This document shows positions 1-11,845 of a stretch of DNA of 64,000 nt, one piece after another (positions within the stretch are counted from its first letter, which is position 1; every line of letters starts with the position of its first letter). This DNA comes from Callorhinchus milii (lineage: Eukaryota). The notes under the pieces were generated by a model. That model ran no database searches and was not told where the DNA came from. It saw nothing but the letters and a program-made list of their open reading frames with translations. Location: NCBI RefSeq assembly GCF_018977255.1, contig NW_024704742.1, forward strand, positions 16,060,001-16,124,000, in the 5' to 3' direction. The translations under genes and the position numbers were made by a program.

Positions 1-420
1 GCGGCTGTAGTCGCCACAAGCTCTATTCTAAAACTTCCTTTGCTTTGAACACATAATAAAATGGCATCTGTTTTGATACAGTTTCAACAGTTCAATTGAT
101 TGTTTTCCTTTTTTTTCCCGAAAGGTCTGAAGATTGTGGCAAAGCAGATTAAACCCTCTGAGCAATAATGAATGTGTTGGGCATATGGGTGTCTTGCTTC
201 TAATTTACAGACATCAATCCGAAGTGATAATAATTTCTTCACATTGAATCAATTTTCGGACTAATTTAAATGTGATAATTCATTGTTGTATGTTGTTCAG
301 GTATTAAACGATTGACCAGTTGACACCCTAGTGTTTCCGATCTAGTCAAAATGAAGGGCTGTGAGGAACATATTTACTGAGATTACATTGTGCACCAAAC
401 AGTTCAAATCTTTTACAGTT

Positions 421-700
421 CCGGTCCGGCCCGCTCCACGATCGGCAGTCAGGCCTTCAGCCTTTCTGCCCCCACCCTTTGGAACTCCATCCCACATTCC
501 CTTTGCCTCGCTCCCTCCCTTGCTTCCTTCTAGGCGCATCTCCAAACACTCCTCTTCGACCCGGGCCTTTGATGATCCTTCAACCCTCCCTGCCCTCCAC
601 CTTCCCCGCTCCCGACCCCCAGCTTGGGTCCCTGACTGGCCAGTGCCTTGAGACGTCCTCCCGATGTGAAGACGCTATACAAATGTAATTTTGTATTGTA
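421..700 (+). mobile_element. L2 LINE 3' fragment
   Basis: C-rich ORF2 end (TIGSQAFS..WNSIP-like reading), then the tail GCCTTGAGACGTCCTCCCGATGTGAAGACGCTATACAAATGTAATTTTGTATTGTA. Confidence 0.85.
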
Positions 701-903
701 TTTTGTAGCGTAATATAAGTAGGGTGCATCCTTCCAAGGAGAGAGTACGTATTCCATTCCAGACACAGGAACATTTCTATGTGTAGGTGGCATACATATG
801 TGGAACACTCAGTCTGGTATGGATACCCAGACATCCAGTTGACCCCTAAAAAACTTATTGGGAAAGAAAAGAGAAACTGGAAAAGTAAAGCAGGAGGTTT
901 TCA

Positions 904-965
904 AAGCCTTGGGACATCCTCCCAACATGAAAGGCGCTATATAAATGTAAATTTGTAATTTGTTG
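904..965 (+). mobile_element. Isolated L2 3' tail
   Basis: GCCTTGGGACATCCTCCCAACATGAAAGGCGCTATATAAATGTAAATTTG matches the other L2 ends. Confidence 0.75.
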
Positions 966-2201
966 CAATATTATTTAAACCGTTTCATTTATATTAAAGT
1001 GTCAAGTGCAAGTATTTAAATTAATATTGCAGCAATAAAATTGCTCCTGGCATCTGCGTAATATTGTTTACTATAATATTAGTGATTTTTGCCAGTGTTA
1101 CTGTGTAGAAGCAGATACCGGTTTGCCATCTTTGCCATCTAACAGCAACTACAACATAATCTTTAGTAAGCTATTTCAGATTGTTACCTTCTGAGTTATT
1201 GCTTTTAGACCGTTCCTCTCATAATGCAACTTTTTCACTTCTATTATTGTCTCCAGTTTACTGTCGAGTTCTGCATGCAACATTGTAATGTACCCATGGT
1301 CACTAATGGTAGGTCAAAGAAGGCTCTGAATATACCAGTCCAACTGCCCTGGGACACACTTCAAAGCATTCTGCCGTGGTGTAATTAGAGCTAATAGTCA
1401 CTTCAGGCAATAGTCTGTGAAACAAGCAGTGTAATTTAAACTTAGGGTATGGCAGCAACAAACACGGTGGTCCTACAATTGGCCAACATCAGAAAGGGGA
1501 GAAAATGAAAAAGGTTCTGAATAAACAAACAGGCAAGATACTGATCAAGGGGGGTAATATTGGAGAGAAGCTGCGAATTTCAAAATTAGATTTCATGTGA
1601 TAATTACCCCATTGAATCTACTATGAAACATCACATTTTTCACTCCTTTATGAGGCATCAATGGAGTTGAAATTAATTGAATAGCAAACAAATAATATGC
1701 TTCCAAATTGTTATCCAAATTTTTTTTCTTGTCAAATCATTTCAAAAGTTATGTATAAGCAACATTTCCTAAAGAGAGTCTTTAACATACTCAAAAAGAA
1801 TGTTTTTTTTCCTTAAGTGAGAGTTTTTGAACATTACTGCATTGCACAAATGTTAAGATAGATTTTACCACACTAGATAGACTCAGTCAGTGTCTCATTT
1901 ATATATTATTTGCATTGCCACAGATACGATTTTGTTGCTGATTACCTCACTAATAGGGGTAGGGGTTACTAGATTTCTTAGTGAATTCATTCATTTTCTG
2001 ATAATACAGTATATAGTGTGGGAGCTTTAACAATCAAATGAAACAGCGGAAATAACCATCACAATGCCAGAGAATGTGCTTTGTTTGCTACAACAAATAT
2101 GTTATTCATCCAAAGGATTAATATGAATCCTCAAGTGTTTGAACTGTAATATTTCTGTAAAACAACTGAGGCCCAAAATTTACAACGTTAAGAAGTTTTA
2201 G

Positions 2202-2320
2202 TTCTGCAGAATTTTGGTAAACTCTTAAATTTAATTTGGAAGATTGCTTCCCAAACAATCTTTTGGAAAACTCGCACCTAAATGAAAACTGAATTTAAGA
2301 ACCTTCAAAATTCTGAAGAA
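2202..2320. repeat. Imperfect palindrome, MITE-like remnant
   Basis: TTCTGCAGAATTTTGGTAAACTCTTAAATTTA (2202-2233) is an imperfect reverse complement of TGAATTTAAGAACCTTCAAAATTCTGAAGAA (2290-2320). Confidence 0.5.
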
Positions 2321-3179
2321 TCTTAAATGTTTAGCTACACCAAGATCACAGAGGATTTCAAATCCCTTGTTGCTTTAATGCATAACACATTGTAACAAGG
2401 ATTGAGTTGCAATTCAAATAAAACATGTGGTTAATTTCTGAAAATTGTTTAAATTGAGGACTATAAACAGGGATAACTCCAATTTTAAAATGGATTGAAA
2501 TAAGATCATTTCTTAAATCTTTAATCTAAGAAATATATCATCAATACATTTTTGCCCACTTGCATACTATTTCCAAATGGACAGCTCACTTTATTATGAG
2601 TTGCAGCAACATTATTTTATAAGCTGAAACAATAACCAAGGAATAATGTTACGTAAAGCACTGTTGTTTCTGTTTAGATTTCCACCGGAGAATTGAGTCC
2701 ACTTCTGAGTCAATTTGAATTTTATGAGTTCAAATTTCCTATTTCCTATTATTGCTATTTCCTCCAGGTTTTGCTTTGGTTCGCCCACACCTTTGTGTAC
2801 CATTCTCTGGTAGACACCAAAAATGAATACCCTGCTCCCAGATCTCTGCCAATTCTACTTTGGAACTATGTGCTAGACGGCACACATCAATAGTTTGAGG
2901 TGAGACGCTCTTTGATTACTGTTTCCTTCCTGTCACAAAGCACCTAGTCTTCAAATTCACCACCTTTCCCTGCAGCCAAAATATTCGGCATAAAAATTAT
3001 CAGTCACATTACACAGGTACGGTTCTGAATATGGTAAAAATAGATAGAGTAGTAAAAAGACACTGGTAACTTACAACAAAAATGCTTTCTGCTGTTCTGT
3101 CAGCATTTTCAGAAATATTGTATACGTTTTTGAATGCAAGCATTAAAAAAAACCTCTGATTTCCCCTTCATCTGATATA

Positions 3180-3530
3180 TTGTAAAGTCTAGTAGACTGT
3201 ATTCTTATGTGAATGTGACAGACAATTTGTGCACAGCAATGTCCTGCACACAGCCATGAAGTGTATGATTAATTTTACCTGGAGGATTGTTGGCCAGAAG
3301 ACAAGGAGAAACTCTCTTCTCTTTTCGAGTAGTGTCATGGAATCTTTAATGTTCACCTAAACTGGCAGACAGGATCTCGATTTAACGTCTCATCCAACAG
3401 ACGGTGCCTCCAACAATGTAGCACAGCCCCGGCACCTCATTGGAGTGTTAGCATTGACTGCAAGTCCAAACCCCCAACGCTTAACACAAAGCCTTCTGAC
3501 ACTAAAACGAGAGTGCTACCAACTAAGCTA
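3180..3530 (-). mobile_element. Old DeuSINE (SacSINE1-like)
   Basis: Minus strand has the tRNA-like head TTGGTAGCACTCTCG..GTCAGAAGG and the Deu-like GGACATTGCTGTGCACAAATTG; homologous to 55615-55888 and 61960-62365. Confidence 0.75.
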
Positions 3531-3870
3531 GGCTAATTCCTAATGAATAATGAGCACAAATCAACTCATATGCAAATTTCAAATTCTGTAACAAAATATT
3601 GAAAATATCTGTTGGTGCTTGGCTAAAAAGTAACTTTTGGTACATGGCAAAAGCACAATGACAGTAAAATGCCTTCAAAATAATACAATTATTTCTGTTT
3701 AAAATGATTAAAGATGCAAGATTAAATGAGCAAGTAACAGGAGTAATACACAGACTTGCTCAGTGAGACACAAAGCCAGAAAGGAGTTCCATAATGTAAA
3801 AAGGTATTATAGAAACCAGCTATGGCAGAGGGCCAATAAATCAAACTTACTGAACGAAATGAATCAGTAT

Positions 3871-3965
3871 TATCTCCCTATGGACTGGTTCAATTTGCCT
3901 GAATGTCCTTGAAACATTCAGTATTAATGATATTTGCAGGTTATTTTGCTGCTATTTACTTGAAT
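3871..3965 (+). repeat. Left arm of ~95-bp inverted repeat (partner 4968-5062)
   Basis: TATCTCCCTATGGACTGGTTCAATTTGCCTGAATGTCCTTGAAACATTCAGTATTAATGA recurs reverse-complemented at 5002-5062. Confidence 0.85.
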
Positions 3966-4128
3966 AATAATAATAATCCTTGCATTTGATGCAGTGCCTT
4001 ACCACGTCATTCAGATGTCTCAAAGCGCTTTACAGAATGTACTGTAAAGTGTATTGAATGTATATTTTGTGGACGAATTGAGGTAGACAATTGCACACAG
4101 CAGTATCCCACAGTTGTGGATTGAATAT
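3963..4128 (-). mobile_element. SINE 3' half (Deu body + tail)
   Basis: Plus strand reads AATAATAATAATCCTTGCATTTGAT..CAAAGCGCTT..CACAGCAGTATCCCAC. Confidence 0.8.
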
Positions 4129-4421
4129 TCAATTTATCAATCCTAGATCAAGATAGGAGTAAATATGTGAAGTATATTTCCAATAGGTGCTGAAAATGAT
4201 GTTGAAAACATTTACCAGTCAGTGTCACTTTACCACTCCGTCATTTTAACCACAAACCAAAAACTGTTTACTTGCAAATCTGCTGAATGTTTAATATATT
4301 CTGCCATTTTGTTTTACACAGTAGTAATTAGTAAATTATTTCAGATTTAACAAAAGGATCATATAACCATTCTTTATTATTGAGGAGATTTAAATGAGTT
4401 TATAGGTTCTCCACCAATTCT

Positions 4422-4788
4422 ATTAACAATAATCCTTGCATTTGATACAGAGCTTTTCACATCTTCTAGATGTCTCAAAGCGCTTCACAGAATATACTGT
4501 AAAATTAATTGACTGTATATTTGTGGGCGAAGCGTGGCAGCCAATTGCGTACAGCAGTGTCCCACAAACAGTCATGGATTGAGTGAGCAAATAATTATTA
4601 TTTTTTTTAGGGATTATTATTCCCGGTAAAAGCGATTCACCAATCAACTAACAACCAGGTTCCTACTTAGTGCTAGGTAAACAGAGGTATGTGAAGTAAC
4701 AAAACTTGCCCAACATTTAGCCAGTAATAGAACCCATGTCTCTCGCATCCAAGGTGAGTGCTCTAACCACTGAGCTACAGGACTTCAC
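4422..4788 (-). mobile_element. tRNA-derived SINE, long form, diverged
   Basis: Full head-to-tail copy including the TTTACCTAGCACTAAGTAGGAACC segment. Confidence 0.85.
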
Positions 4789-4967
4789 TGATTCTGTATT
4801 ATTTTTATGATTTGTTTGCCCATTGTTTGCCTGACTGACTTCACACTGTTATTAGATACAATTTAGATTCCACCATACTAAGGATGTTTTATTCAAGTTT
4901 ATTTTAAATCTTACAATTTTTTTTGCTAACCCCAAATGGTAGGTTAATATTAACTATGAAGTGTGAA

Positions 4968-5062
4968 TAGTCAAGTAAAAACAGCATGGTAACCTTTTCG
5001 TGTCATTAATACTGAATGTTTTAAGGACATTCAGGTAAATTGAACCAGTCCATGGGAGATAT
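4968..5062 (-). repeat. Right arm of inverted repeat
   Basis: Reverse complement of 3871-3965. Confidence 0.85.
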
Positions 5063-6059
5063 CACTCATCTGCACATGACTTCTTGATCTTTATCTTAGG
5101 CTGTCTGGATCACATAAATCTTTGACAAGGAAAAGAATTATGTTGTACCATTTCACCTTTTTGGCAGTTTTGCATAGGTTTAGTATCAAAATGACACCTA
5201 TGTATCATCTCCTCATTATCAGTCACTTACATCGGAAGGGAAATTTGAGATAAATGACCTCACATCGGAATAATTTGCTTAGAGGTTTAGATTAAAACAG
5301 CAGTAAATATGTCAAAATCAAATGAGGAAAAATACTCCATATTTACCCCAAGTTATCCTTACTTCAGCTAAACATGTTTAACATTTTTGTTGTTGAGTAG
5401 GATTTAGGTATTTTGTTTCCCAGTCACATTTTTATAATGACAAGCTTGCAACTTGATGTGAAATAAAGAGATAAATGTTTTGCTCTCTGTCCACACAGTC
5501 TGTTTCAGTGAGGGTATCATTATGTGATATCTGTGTATTTTTGAGCATACAGTTGTATCAGCTCCACTGATATATGCAAATATAATGATTGTTCAGCAAT
5601 GTAAACCTCTCAGATACCCTTTTTGTTTTTTTACATTGTAGCATAGTTTGGGACTTTTAAGTCTAAGAATGGTTTGTCTCAGAAGGATGTATAGAAGTAC
5701 ATAAAGGCTGAATAAGGTATAGAATATGAACCAAGAAAAATATGTTTATATATACCCAGATAACAGGATACAGAGGCATAAGTGCCTTCTTTCTGTTCAG
5801 ATACGGCAAGGAGGAGTGAATTGAAACTGGAACATATAGCTCCAGTGGAGTAGATAGAAGCAGCATAGGGTTCATTGTCTGAAAATCTTCCTTCTATACT
5901 TTTATTTTTATGGTTGCATTCTATATACTTGAATGGTGATATATTGTATTCCAATACTGTACTTTAGTAGATCTAAAAATATTTTTTGTAGCAATGTAAA
6001 TTATAAATGACATTAATGAATACCATTCAGGTTATAAATACATATAAAAGACCTCTGAC

Positions 6060-6625
6060 TACTCTCATTGGCCTTCCCAACTCTTCCCTTCACAAGCTGC
6101 AGATCATCCAAAACTCTGCAGCTCATGTACTCTCGCGCACCAGGCTCCGTGACCCATCACTCCCACCCTCACCCGACTCCACTAACTCCCCCTCCCTCAG
6201 AGGATCGAATTCAAGATCCTCGTCCTCACTTTCAAGGCCATCCATGGCCTTGCCTCCTCCTACCTCTCTGACCTGCTGACTCTTCACCAACCTGCCCGCT
6301 CCCTCCATTCAGTGTGCTCCAGCCTGCTCCATGTCTCCCGCCCGACCCGCCCTACCAACGGTGTTCGGATTTCAGCCTCTCTGCCCCCACACTCTGGAAT
6401 TCCATCCCAGGGTCCCTTCACCTCACTTCCTCCCTTGCCTCCTTCAAGGCCGGTCTCAAGACCCTCCTCTTCGATCGTGCCTTCAGTCACCCTCCCACCT
6501 CTCTGCCTTCCCTCACCCCTCCCCCACGCTCGGGTCCTGACCCCTGACTGTCCAGCGCATTGGGACGTCCTCCCGACCTGAAAGGCTTTCTATAAATGTA
6601 ATTTTGTTGTTGTTGTTGTTGTTGA
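6060..6625 (+). mobile_element. L2 LINE, 5'-truncated
   Basis: Translation LIGLPNSSLHKLQIIQNSAAHVLSRTRLRD; stem-loop tail and (TTG)n end. Confidence 0.92.
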
Positions 6626-6756
6626 ATGGACCCCTCAGCTCTGTTGTACTCTCCTCAAAAGATATATGTTAGAAAATTGCAAGGAAAGCATTTTGCAGTG
6701 AAATTCATTGCAGTCTTTGTATTATTAGTTTGTAGTTCATGCTCAAATGAATAAGT

Positions 6757-7077
6757 AACAATAATAATAATAATCCTTGAATTTGATATAGCGCTTTTCA
6801 CGTCTTCTAGACGTCCCAAAGCGCTTCACAGAATATACTATAAAGTGAATTGACTGTATATTTGTGGGCGAACGCGGCAGCCAATTGAGCACAGCAATGT
6901 CCCACAAACAATCGTAGATTGAAAATGACCAATTTATTATTGTTTTTGGTTTTGGAGGGATTATTATTAGGTGTGTGGAGTAAGGAAACTTGCCCAAGGT
7001 TTCGCCCTGCCTGGAATTGAACTCAGGTCTCTCGCTTGCAAGGCGCGTGCTCTAACCATTGAGCTACAGGACTCCAC
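6757..7077 (-). mobile_element. tRNA-Ala-derived SINE, short form, full length
   Basis: A box, B box, Deu-like body, 3' stem with TAGAA loop, (TTA)n tail. Confidence 0.95.
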
Positions 7078-9129
7078 AGTATATGGCCTTGAAATATATG
7101 GATTTTATTTTAAAAGAAAACATATCAGATATAGTTTCTTTGTGAGCATCAGAACAATCTAAAACAGAAACGTACAAAGCTATTCACTGAGATTTTGCAT
7201 GGACATAACTTTGTGAGATTCCAACACAATTTGTTTGTTTGCAATTGACAGGATCCAACAATTGTAGAGCCCATTTCTGATTGAATTAGAAAGCCACTGG
7301 ATTGAGTTCCCACCAAATCAAACATTAATATTTCTGATGTGCCTAATTATATTTACCACTATCCAGACCACGTTGTATAAAGAGGGACACTTTGTAACAG
7401 AGATCTGAGACAAGGGATAACAGGATTACATCAGTTTCTGAAATGTAACAGTGCTGTAGCTGACAATCTTCATTGAAAAGTTCTATGGTGGGAAATAAAT
7501 GTGACACTCTCAGCTAATGTGATGGGCAGTATAACTGGCTTGTCAGAACAAGCAAAGGCTTGTAAGCCCAATCTGATTGCCATGGGCACTTGGGCACCTC
7601 TCCTGAAATCAATCACAGAGCTATGTGAAGAAGAGCAGAGCTGAAACAATGGCACCAGAGGAAAGAGGTCCTAATGAAAGCCATTTGCTAGTCCACACCT
7701 AACCTGTCTAGACAGCACCTCCTGTGCTTTGATCACTGATAAAGATCCTAAATGTTGCCAAGTGACCTCTTCTGTTTACAGCCAACCACTGGGCCTCTGG
7801 CCATCACTTCCATTTCAAAGCTTCATTCCTCATCTGAAATTCATTGCAATCAGAAAATGTGTGTATCAGAGAGATGGACAATTTTGACACAAGATACGTG
7901 TTTTCCTGCAATTACTCTGAATAGAAAAAAATCTGAGATTTACGCATTTTGACAGACATTAAGCAGAGTTCATTACAATGGCAATGCAGCTGAACATTTC
8001 TCTAAAATTGGCACGAATATTTAGTAACATGTTAATCAAATGTATTTCAAAAACAATCTACTTTCCATCCTGTGTAGAATATATTAAGGGTTATAGTTCT
8101 CAATTTATTTATTTTTATAGTGTACTATAAAAATGAGCAACTTTAAACCTATTTTAATTTTCTTTTAATAATCTTTAATAAAATTGCTTTGCTTGCTTTA
8201 CATATCAACCCACAGAAAAATTCTCAGCAAATATTTTGAACAGGTGAAACATATATTCACCTTTTCCTAGTTCTGATGAAAATTAAAGTTTAGCAGCAAG
8301 GATTGATTTTAGATAGATGGGAATGTTACCTAATTGCTCTCCATTGCTCTCATTTAAGATGAATGTAGCTTCTTAGCAATAGTGCTGAAATGTGGAAATG
8401 ACAAACCAATACATTCAAACTTTGATTTTCCATATTAAAACATTTTTTTGTTTAAGAGAAAATAGACTCTGAAGATTCCCATATAAATGTAAACAGATTA
8501 AGAAGTGAAACATTCAACAATATACTATACTATGCAAAGAGAAAATATTGGCACTATCAAGTAAAGAAAATATGTATAATCATGTCTGGATGCATTGGAT
8601 TTCTCAAGTTTGTGTGCAGCATTTCAAATGTTTCCCAGCAGGACATGCCCTAGGCTCTCTCTAGTTTGAACTTTATGCCTTTAGTACTCACAAGTGACTT
8701 CCTATTATTCCCCATCCTCTACTATTCTCTACACTATCCCCATTGCCGATCCTTTGAAAATGGTGAGATATCCCACTGGGACAATGCATGAGAGTTCTGA
8801 CGATCTTTCACACAAGTTCAAAAGAGTCAGTAATGCACAATCAATGGTGTGATAATCTGTTTTTTCCCTAGGGATTGCATTTCAAATACATTCTGGAATG
8901 GGTCTCGAAGATTGGACTGTTCATAGATAAACCACTGCAGTCCCATTACCCCACAGTGGAATTATTGCTCACAACCAGGAATAAAACCTAACCACAGAAG
9001 CTATCAAACATTCCTCAGATGTCCTCGTAAAAGAACTGTGTTAATGTTCAATTATTTAATTAACGACATGAATAAATAAATTGCTTCATTTAGTCTAAAT
9101 TGTTAACTTATCTAATGAGAAAAAAGGTA

Positions 9130-9592
9130 TCATAGCACAGAAGGAGGCTATTCGGCCCATCGTTGAAAGAGCTAACCAACTAGTTCCACTATCGCACTCT
9201 TACTCCATAGCCCCGCAATTATTTTCTTTTCAAGTACATATCCAATTCCCTTTTGAAAGCTACTATTGAATCTGCTTTCTCTAACCTTTGAGGTAGTGCT
9301 GAGTAAAAAAAAATCTCCTCGTCTCCCCTCTGGTTCTTTAGCCAATTATCTTAAATCTGTGTCCTCTAATTACCAACCCGCCCAACAGAGGAAACAGTTT
9401 CTGCTTATTTACTCTATCAAAACCTGTCTTGATTATGAACACCTCTATTAAATCTTCCCTCAAACTTCTCTGCTCTAAGGAGAACAATCCCAGCCTTTCT
9501 CGTCTCTTCACGTAACTAAAGTCCATCATCCCTGGTATATCATTCTGGTAAATCTCCTTCTCCAAGGTCCTCACATCCTTCCTAAAGTGTTG
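9130..9592 (-). mobile_element. CR1 LINE 3' fragment
   Basis: ORF 9338-9574 reads ERLGLFSLEQRSLREDLIEVF..GFDRVN..TRGH-like, the typical CR1 ORF2 C-terminus; CR1-type 3' end GATGGGCCGAATAGCCTCCTTCTGTGCT. Confidence 0.9.
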
Positions 9593-10102
9593 AAAAGTGT
9601 CAGTGTGTGGATGCCAGCCGGTGAAAACAGGCTGGGTTATGATTGATGACCCTTACAGTTGAATAACCTACCGACACTCACCATCCAGCTTCACACATAA
9701 ACAGCTAGTTAGTTGGGCAAACAGAATTAGAGAGGAAAAGGAAAGGAAACTTAGGTTTTGCTTTGTGACTTCACAATTGGGATGGGGGTGGGGGGGTTGG
9801 TTAAAGGAACTGATTGAGTAGTAACTTTTGTACCAGAAATGTTTTGTAAGCTTTGTGTCTTTAATCAGGATTGGTATGAATTAATTTTTTAACAAACAAA
9901 AACGTGTTAAAAAAAAGTTTTAAAGTGTGCTGCCCCCAAAATGACAAAATTGGTTTATCATTAGGACAGAGCAATTTACCTTCTCTTAATATATTTTTTA
10001 AAAATCCAGTTAACCCAGGTCTCTCAAATTCATCCTGAGAAATGCAAATGGCTATTTCTGTTCAACTGATCATGTTTTAAATATGTACAAAATCTATTAC
10101 TT

Positions 10103-10423
10103 GTGGAGTCCTGTAGCTCAGTGGTTAGAGTACTCGCTTTGCAAGCGAGAGACCTGAGTTCAATTCCAGGCAGAGGGTGAAACCTTGGGCAAGTTTCCTT
10201 ACTCCACACAGAGCCTAATAATAATCCCTCCAAAACAATAATAAATTGGTCATTTTCAATCTACGACTGTTTGTGGGACATTGCTGTGCGCAATTGGCTG
10301 CCGCATTCGCCCACAAAATATATAGTCAATTCATTTTACAGTGTGTTCTGTGAAGCGCTTTGGGACGTCCTCCCGACGTGAAAAGCGCTATATCAAATGC
10401 AAGGATTATTATTATTATTATTA
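10103..10423 (+). mobile_element. tRNA-Ala-derived SINE, short form, full length
   Basis: GTGGAGTCCTGTAGCTCAGTGGTTAGAG head through GGATTATTATTATTA tail. Confidence 0.95.
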
Positions 10424-10719
10424 CTTCTTCAGGAAAGCAACACAATGACATAGGTTCCATGAATGCACTATTCTTGCACTGAGCTTTTGGAATCGGTTTT
10501 ATGCTTGACAGTTGTAAAAAAAAGCTAAATGTTTTTGCAGGCAGCTGACTTACACACAATTGCAAACTGGACGCAATGCACCAATTGCAACTTCTGTTTG
10601 TAAGGTGTTTAATTTGAAACATTTACAAAACAACTTATTGCAATTTCCAAAAGTTAGGAAAGTGGCAAAACGTAAACAGAGTTTTTCCTGGTTTCTTGGC
10701 CAACAATCCTCCAAAATAA

Positions 10720-10880
10720 AACTAGTCATTCACTTTATGGCTGTTAGTGGGACATTCCTGTGTGTAAATTAGCTGTCTGCAAAAATACAGTTACTATACT
10801 TTACAGTAAATCCTGTAAAGAGCTTTGAGACGTTCTACTGACATGAAAGTCACAATACCAAATATTAGGATTATTATAAT
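10720..10880 (+). mobile_element. Old DeuSINE 3' part
   Basis: GTCATTCACTTTATGGCTGTTAGTGGGACATT..AAAGAGCTTTGAGACG..GGATTATTAT. Confidence 0.7.
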
Positions 10881-11114
10881 AATTAAACAGTTGAAGGACA
10901 ATACAGCATCATGCTATTTGTGCAAAATAAGTAAGAGCCTCCAAACGTTAAATGTTTGAAGTTATAGATCAATTCCATGAACATATTTTAGCTCAATATG
11001 TGGTTATTGCAAAATGCACGTGATATGTTTGCCAGTAAGGATGCATTATCTGGATATTTAGAATTTCCTTTAGAAGTCCCATCATTGTGTTTTTTTACAG
11101 TAACCAGACAAATT

Positions 11115-11845
11115 TACCTCGCCTTCAAAGCCCTCCGTGGCCTTGCTCCCCCCTACCTCTGTGACTTTATATCCCCCTATCAACCTGTCCACTCCCTCTG
11201 CTCAGCGGGCTCCGGCCAGCTTCATGTCCCCAGCCTTGCCCACCCCACCAATGACGGGCTGACCTTCTGCCACTCTGCCCCCATCCTTTGAAACTTCATG
11301 TGGAGTCCTGTAGCTCAGTGGTTAGAGCACTCGCTTTGCAAGTGAGAGACCTGAGTTCAATTCCAGGCAGGGCGAAACCTTGGGCAAGTTTCCTTACTCC
11401 ACACGCCTAATAATAATCCCTCCCAAAAAAAAAACAATAATTAAATTGGTCATTTTCAATCTACGACTGTTTGTGGGACATTGCTGTGCGCAATTGGCTG
11501 CCGCGTTCGCCCACAAATATACAGTCAATTCACTTTACAGTGTGTTCTGTGAAGCGCTTTGGGACGTCCTCCCGACGTGAAAAGCGCTATATCAAATGCA
11601 AGGATTATTATTATTATTATTATTATACCGCAGTCCCTCTGCCTCGCCCCCTTCCTTACCTCCATCAAGACCTGTCTCAAGACCCTCCTCTTCGACCGTA
11701 CCTTCAGTCACCCTCCTTCCTCCCTTGACCTCCACCCTCCCTGATCCTGACCCCCATCGGGTCCAAAACACTGATTGTCCAGCGCCTTGGGACGTCCTCC
11801 CGACGTGAAAGGCGCTATACAAATGTGAATTTGTTGTGGTTGTTA
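11115..11845 (+). mobile_element. L2 3' fragment interrupted by a SINE
   Basis: FKALRGLAPPYLCD translation; the L2 resumes at 11627 and ends in the stem-loop and TTGTTG. Confidence 0.9.
11300..11626 (+). mobile_element. tRNA-Ala-derived SINE, short form, nested in L2
   Basis: Near-consensus full-length copy. Confidence 0.95.

Noticed and set aside
10103..10180. Functional tRNA-Ala genes at SINE heads
   Set aside because: The T arm and acceptor stem are imperfect, and each head continues into a SINE body with no nearby terminator.
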